Source of the DNA: the human T2T-CHM13v2.0 reference genome, Homo sapiens
Length of the DNA: 64,000 bases
Reading direction: 5' to 3' (one strand)
Assembly: GCF_009914755.1 (NCBI RefSeq)
Contig: NC_060931.1
A program made the translations under genes and the position numbers. Within the stretch, counting starts at the first letter, position 1, and each line of letters begins with the position of its first letter. Under the pieces are notes generated by a model, which worked only from the letters and a program-made list of their open reading frames with translations, was not told the origin of the DNA and searched no databases. This document shows positions 57,465-64,000 of this stretch, piece by piece.

Positions 57465-58192
57465 CAGCATTCAGTCAAGAGTCATAAACGCCACAATAAC
57501 CTCAACAGGAAAGATTTCATATAAAGTGTTAACTATGGTAGTTTTATTACTAAGAAGGAATAAGACAGAACTCAGAGATACCCGAAGTCTGAGGGGGAGT
57601 ACCCAATGAAGGAACATACCCTCTCCATATCTGAGCTGCAGCCCACCGGATGGCAGGGAAGTTTCATGGCTTGAGGTGGGCCAGAGTTGGTGCGTGGTCA
57701 GCAGGCCAAGGCTGTGTCAGAAACCGCAAATGCCTGGCAACCTGGGAGTCCCCGAATGGATGGCCAAGGAGCCTGAGGCTGAACACAGAATGACAGACTG
57801 GCCTGACAAGCTGGAAGTATACTGCTGGGGTACCAGCAAAATGAGGCTGGCAGGCACAGAGCCATAGGCCAGGACTGGCATGCAGGAAAATCTCCATGAG
57901 GGTTTACACAGGCAGAAGCTGGCAGGCAGAGAACAGCAGGCCAGATTGGCAGAGAAAACCTGCTAGAGAGTAAACACCACCAAGTGCCACACACATGGCC
58001 ATGGCAGCTGTGGAGCCAGCAGGGATGGAAACATGCCAGAATCAGGAACAGAAGCCCCCTCCTCCCACAGCATCCCTTTGGCACCCTCCAGTGATGAAGC
58101 TTAAAAGATGTCTTAAGCAAGGGAGATGTTTACAGGGTCCAGCAGACAATGACGGGTGGATTTGGAGCTGGGAAGCGATTAAGTGGTACAAT
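57465..58192 (-). mobile_element. ERVL-class LTR (LTR41/LTR52-like; subfamily uncertain)
   Basis: Its end, atgtttacagggtccagc...gggtggatttggagctg...ggtaca, resembles the reverse start of ERVL LTRs; the interior is GC-rich. Confidence 0.5.
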
Positions 58193-58912
58193 ATATAAAG
58201 GTAGCTCTTACCCAGTACAATTACCTTTCACGGGCTAAATCCCTTCTGATTTTTGCCTATTTTTACTCTTCACTGCCTTTATACAAATAGGTCAAATCTA
58301 TCCTGCCACCCCCATTCACCCCATCCACAAAATATATATCACAGTTTATAATTTGTATCCAGAGGGTTGGGCATGCTATTCTGTCATTACTAGGAATCAA
58401 AAACCTTGAGTGATGACTTGACACAGAATCTGAAGAATACTATAAGCAGAAAACTCCCACTATTTCACATTTCAGAGTAACTACTTGAGGCAAATGTACA
58501 GGTATCTTGGCATTCAACAGTATAAATTCCACTTGTCCAAAATATTCTGAAAAAAACTGCTTTCTACTAGTTCTAAAAAATGAAGAAATTGATTAATGTC
58601 AAAAGCATTCAAAATGACTCTTCTAAATTGTCCATACAATGCAAAATTACATCTTTAGCTCCCAAACTGAAACATCAAGTTTTTTCAAGATATTAATGCC
58701 CACAAAGAATGTCAGTAAAATGACAACTTTGAAATAATGTAAAGAAAAAAATAGATTTTTATTTGTTAAAACCATAATGTCTAAGTTCTTGTTGAAGGGC
58801 ATGTAATTTTGTAGTGTATGAATGCAACAAAACTATTTCAGACCTGACTAATTTCTACAAAAGTAGTTAATGAAAATGCTTGCTTTAATATTAGTAGTTA
58901 ATAACCTTGATG

Positions 58913-59081
58913 TTGTGTTTTTGGTTTGTGTTTTTTTGAGACAGAGTCTCCCTCTGTCACCCAAGCTGGAGTGCAGTGGTGCAATCATAGCTCACTGTAA
59001 CCTAGAACTCCTTGGCTCAAGGTGATCCTCTGCCTCAGCCTCCCTCTTGAGTAGCTGGGAGCACCACCACACCCAGCTAAT
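58913..59081 (-). mobile_element. AluJ right arm / FRAM monomer
   Basis: gagacagagtctccctctgtcacccaagctggagtgcagtggtgcaatcatagctcactg...cacccagctaat. Confidence 0.85.
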
Positions 59082-60194
59082 GGAAGTTTTTCATTTTAAA
59101 TTTCATTTCTGCCCCCTAAATAATGGCATCATTACTAGTACACATGTAATTCACAGCGTGATCACAAGTACTGTCGTCATTGAATTGCTTGGTAGTCAAC
59201 AGTTGTCATCGTTGGAAGAATGTCAGAGCATTGCCTGGATACTGGTGTGCATAGCTCTTGCTATATACATGTAGCCAGCAGTTTTAACTGTCTGTTATGT
59301 CTAATTCTTTACTGTCCATCTGTGTCACTTCTCAACTTCGTTCTAACTTTTGTCCCCTCCTGACCATCCTCCAGAAGTGAGAACCTAATTTAAGATGCAG
59401 ATTCTTAAAGATTACGATATGCCTTTCAGTTAATTTTTATTTACTCAGGAGAGGGAGCCTCCCTTGCCAAAGTCTGTAACAAAAAACAGGATTTTAGAAG
59501 ATAAAACAAAAATCCTTTGACAGTGCCAAGAGGACCTTTTAACTACTGCTTATGAGATAATAAGTCTTATATGCCTCTTCTCTAGTATTTTATTCTCCAC
59601 TTTTAACTTTCTTACCAAAAAGGCACAAACAGTAATTTTGTGCCTTTGAGATTTCCAGTAACCTCTCAGACTAAAGCCTTTTTACCCCAGAATCCTACTT
59701 TTCCAATACAACACCATGAACTCAGGACAAGCCACAGGAAGGAAGTAACAACTCTATTATTGTTGTTGTCCCCACTCTAGCCTCTGCTTCTATGTCCTCC
59801 ATTTTATTTTTTGTCTCCTGTTGTTTTGTAGACGTTTACAACTGGACTTCACCCACACTGCATTTTTATAAATTGTCTAGCCTAAAGACAGATGTTCACA
59901 TCTTGTTAAGACATGATTCCTACGGAACAAGTGTGAACTAGGATAAAAGTATTTTTTAGAAAGTAGTATTGATCTCTAAGGATTCTACAGTAAGCTCAGT
60001 TTTCTATTCTGTAGTACATGAGGAAGATAAATTGTTTTTAAAGCATGCTGTATTTTATACTATTAAAAAGTCATCAATTCTCATAGTAACATTCATTAAA
60101 CATCCATTAGATTTGGGACACTATGCTAGATAATAAGACAAAAGGAAGAAAGAAAATATGATTAGAGTCAATTACATTAAGGAGTACTTTATCA

Positions 60195-61939
<1,745 letters not shown>

Positions 61940-61966
61940 TACAAAATAACTTTTTAAAAGAGTGCA

Positions 61967-62341
61967 TGTCTCAGTCTACTCAGACCACTATAACAAAATA
62001 CCACAGACCGGGTAGTTTACCAACAATACTTATTCTCACAGCGTGGAGGCTGGAAAGTCCAAGATCACTGTGCCAGCAGATTTGATGTCTGGGGAAAGCA
62101 TCTTCTCATGGTGTCTTCCCATGGCAGAAAAGGTGGAAGGGCAAAAAGGAACACACACAGTGTCCTCACATGGCAGAAGAGGTAGAAGGGCCCAACAGCT
62201 CTGATGCCTGGGACATTAATCTCATTGAAGATAGAACCCTTGTGGCTTAATCACCTCTAAAAGAGTCCTACTCCTAATGTCATCACGTTGGGATTTAAGT
62301 TCAACATGTGAATTTTGGAGGGACACATACAAACCATAGCA
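61967..62341 (-). mobile_element. MSTD/MLT1A-type MaLR solo LTR
   Basis: tgtctcagtc...ctataacaaaataccacagac...gtcctcacatggcagaag...ggagggacacatacaaaccatagca. Confidence 0.85.
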
Positions 62342-62739
62342 GTCAGAGAAGAAATTATCCATGCTTTGAAAATATGTATATTTAACTTTATAAAACAAAG
62401 GAGAGAATTATTTGCCTGGACACCTGAGGTATGAGAGAAAGTTATTAAATACAGGCTACAAGATAATGAAACACTGTATCTCAATTTGTCATGTTAGAGA
62501 AATTCTGATTGTATTAAGTTTAAGAAATTAGCAGCTTAGAATATACTTACTAAAATCTAAGAAAGATTTAAAGAATGATCTGCGCATTTAACTCGAGATA
62601 TATTTATTTTACTCTTCCTTTTTTTGGCTTGATAAGGCTTGTCAGAGGTTTGTCTCAGTTTTTCTGCTTTTGATAATCATTTCTCTTCCTCCAACACCAA
62701 CTTCATCTCCCCTTCCCCATCCCCTACAGATACGTCTTA

Positions 62740-63870
62740 ATTAAAACATAATACTATGCCCATAAACTTGAAAATATAAAAGAACAGAAGTTTCTAGAAA
62801 AATATACAAAGGGTCAAAATAGGCAGGAAAAAAGAGAAAGCCTAGATATTCAATAACCATTATGGAAATTGAAATGTTAATTATCAACTACCATCAAAAG
62901 GCTGCTCCTCTGCCCTGCCCTACCAACCCCTAAAGAAGCTCCAAGTTTAGAAAGTCTTAATGAGGAGCTCTATTGGAATTTCAATAATGAGATATGACTA
63001 TATCTTAAAAAGTTTTTCCCAAAAAGAGCAAACAAAAAATGACCCAACTCATTTTATAAGTTTGACACAGTTTTGCACTGCAAGTTAAGGACAGCAAATT
63101 ATAAAAAGAAGAATTTCACTTACACAGAGGGAAAATATCCCAAATAAAATATCAGGTAGCTAAATCCAATAGTCTGAAACATTGCAGCTAGCAGTATTCA
63201 CCCCAGAATCACAAAGATAGCATTATAGACTTACTGATTTCAAACTAATTCACATTAGACAAAAAGAAAAAAGTAACATGATAGCTACATGTAGGAAAAG
63301 AATGAGATTTCAAAAAGCACAATATCTATTTGATTTTTTTAGAGAAATAAGCCTTTTTAGAGAAGTGAAAATTAAAGGTAGATTAAATTTGATAAAGTCT
63401 TTATCAAAAAAAGAAAACCTGCATCAAGCATTATACTTAAGAAATGAAACAGTCTCTTTAGTGATGGAATCTAGAAAAACATACCCCATTACTGCAACAT
63501 GATACTGGAGGTCCTGACCAAAGCAACAAAGATAAATAAATAAGGACCAGTGGGGAAAAAAACACAAATATGTCGTTATTGCAGACAATACAATCATGGG
63601 AGTAGAAAACTTACAATTCAAATAGAAACAACACCAGAGTTCAATAAATTTGCCTGCTATAAGTTCAATATACCTGACAGAAAAATACTGTAAGAGCAAA
63701 TGTCAGTTAGAAAACATGATAGAAAATAACATATTAGAACAGATAAAAACTAATCTAAGAAATTACTAATATAAAGTAAAAAATCCTTCAAAGAATGTAA
63801 CAGATCTGAATGAATTATACTATCTTCACAAATAAGAAAATTTGAAGACATCAACTTAATCCCAAGATCT
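62740..63870 (+). mobile_element. Ancient L1M/L1ME ORF2 fragment
   Basis: Decayed ORF2 landmarks (cccaactcattttataag; caacatgatactggaggtcct; ttattgcagacaata). Confidence 0.65.
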
Positions 63871-64000
63871 TTTTCAGTTATAAAATTTACTGAGGGTAGA
63901 AAATAATTATTGGAATACAGCCTTTACACTTACGTGCCTGAAAGTTAAAGTTGTGTCTTTTTACATTAAGGCATAAAATGTGAGCATCTGAGCCTCAGGT

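Overview
Human genomic DNA, AT-rich and dense in repeats. A human-specific AluYb8 at 27104 supports the species call. The window lies inside the minus-strand gene CRPPA (ISPD, CDP-L-ribitol pyrophosphorylase A, a dystroglycanopathy gene). It holds two short coding exons with canonical AG/GT ends: 8317-8421 (105 nt, [35 protein letters not shown]) and 1203-1248 (46 nt, VTYKRDLYAAESIIK+1 nt), which I recall as exons 4 and 5. Everything else is intron: about 17 Alus or Alu remnants, several ancient L1s (five keep 5'UTRs), an L1PA 3' end, MaLR/ERVL LTRs, MIR/L2 and hAT MITEs. None of the other ORFs in the track is a credible gene. I see no new multi-gene system. The best leads are hypotheses about splicing and mutation: a candidate 195-nt poison exon, a recursive-splice-like AG|GTAAGG in the long intron, a gutted inverted Alu next to exon 4, a 30-nt micro-insertion with an 18-bp TSD, an L1 insertion that seems to have deleted host sequence, and templated hairpins. 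Repeat subfamilies and boundaries were judged by eye and are approximate.
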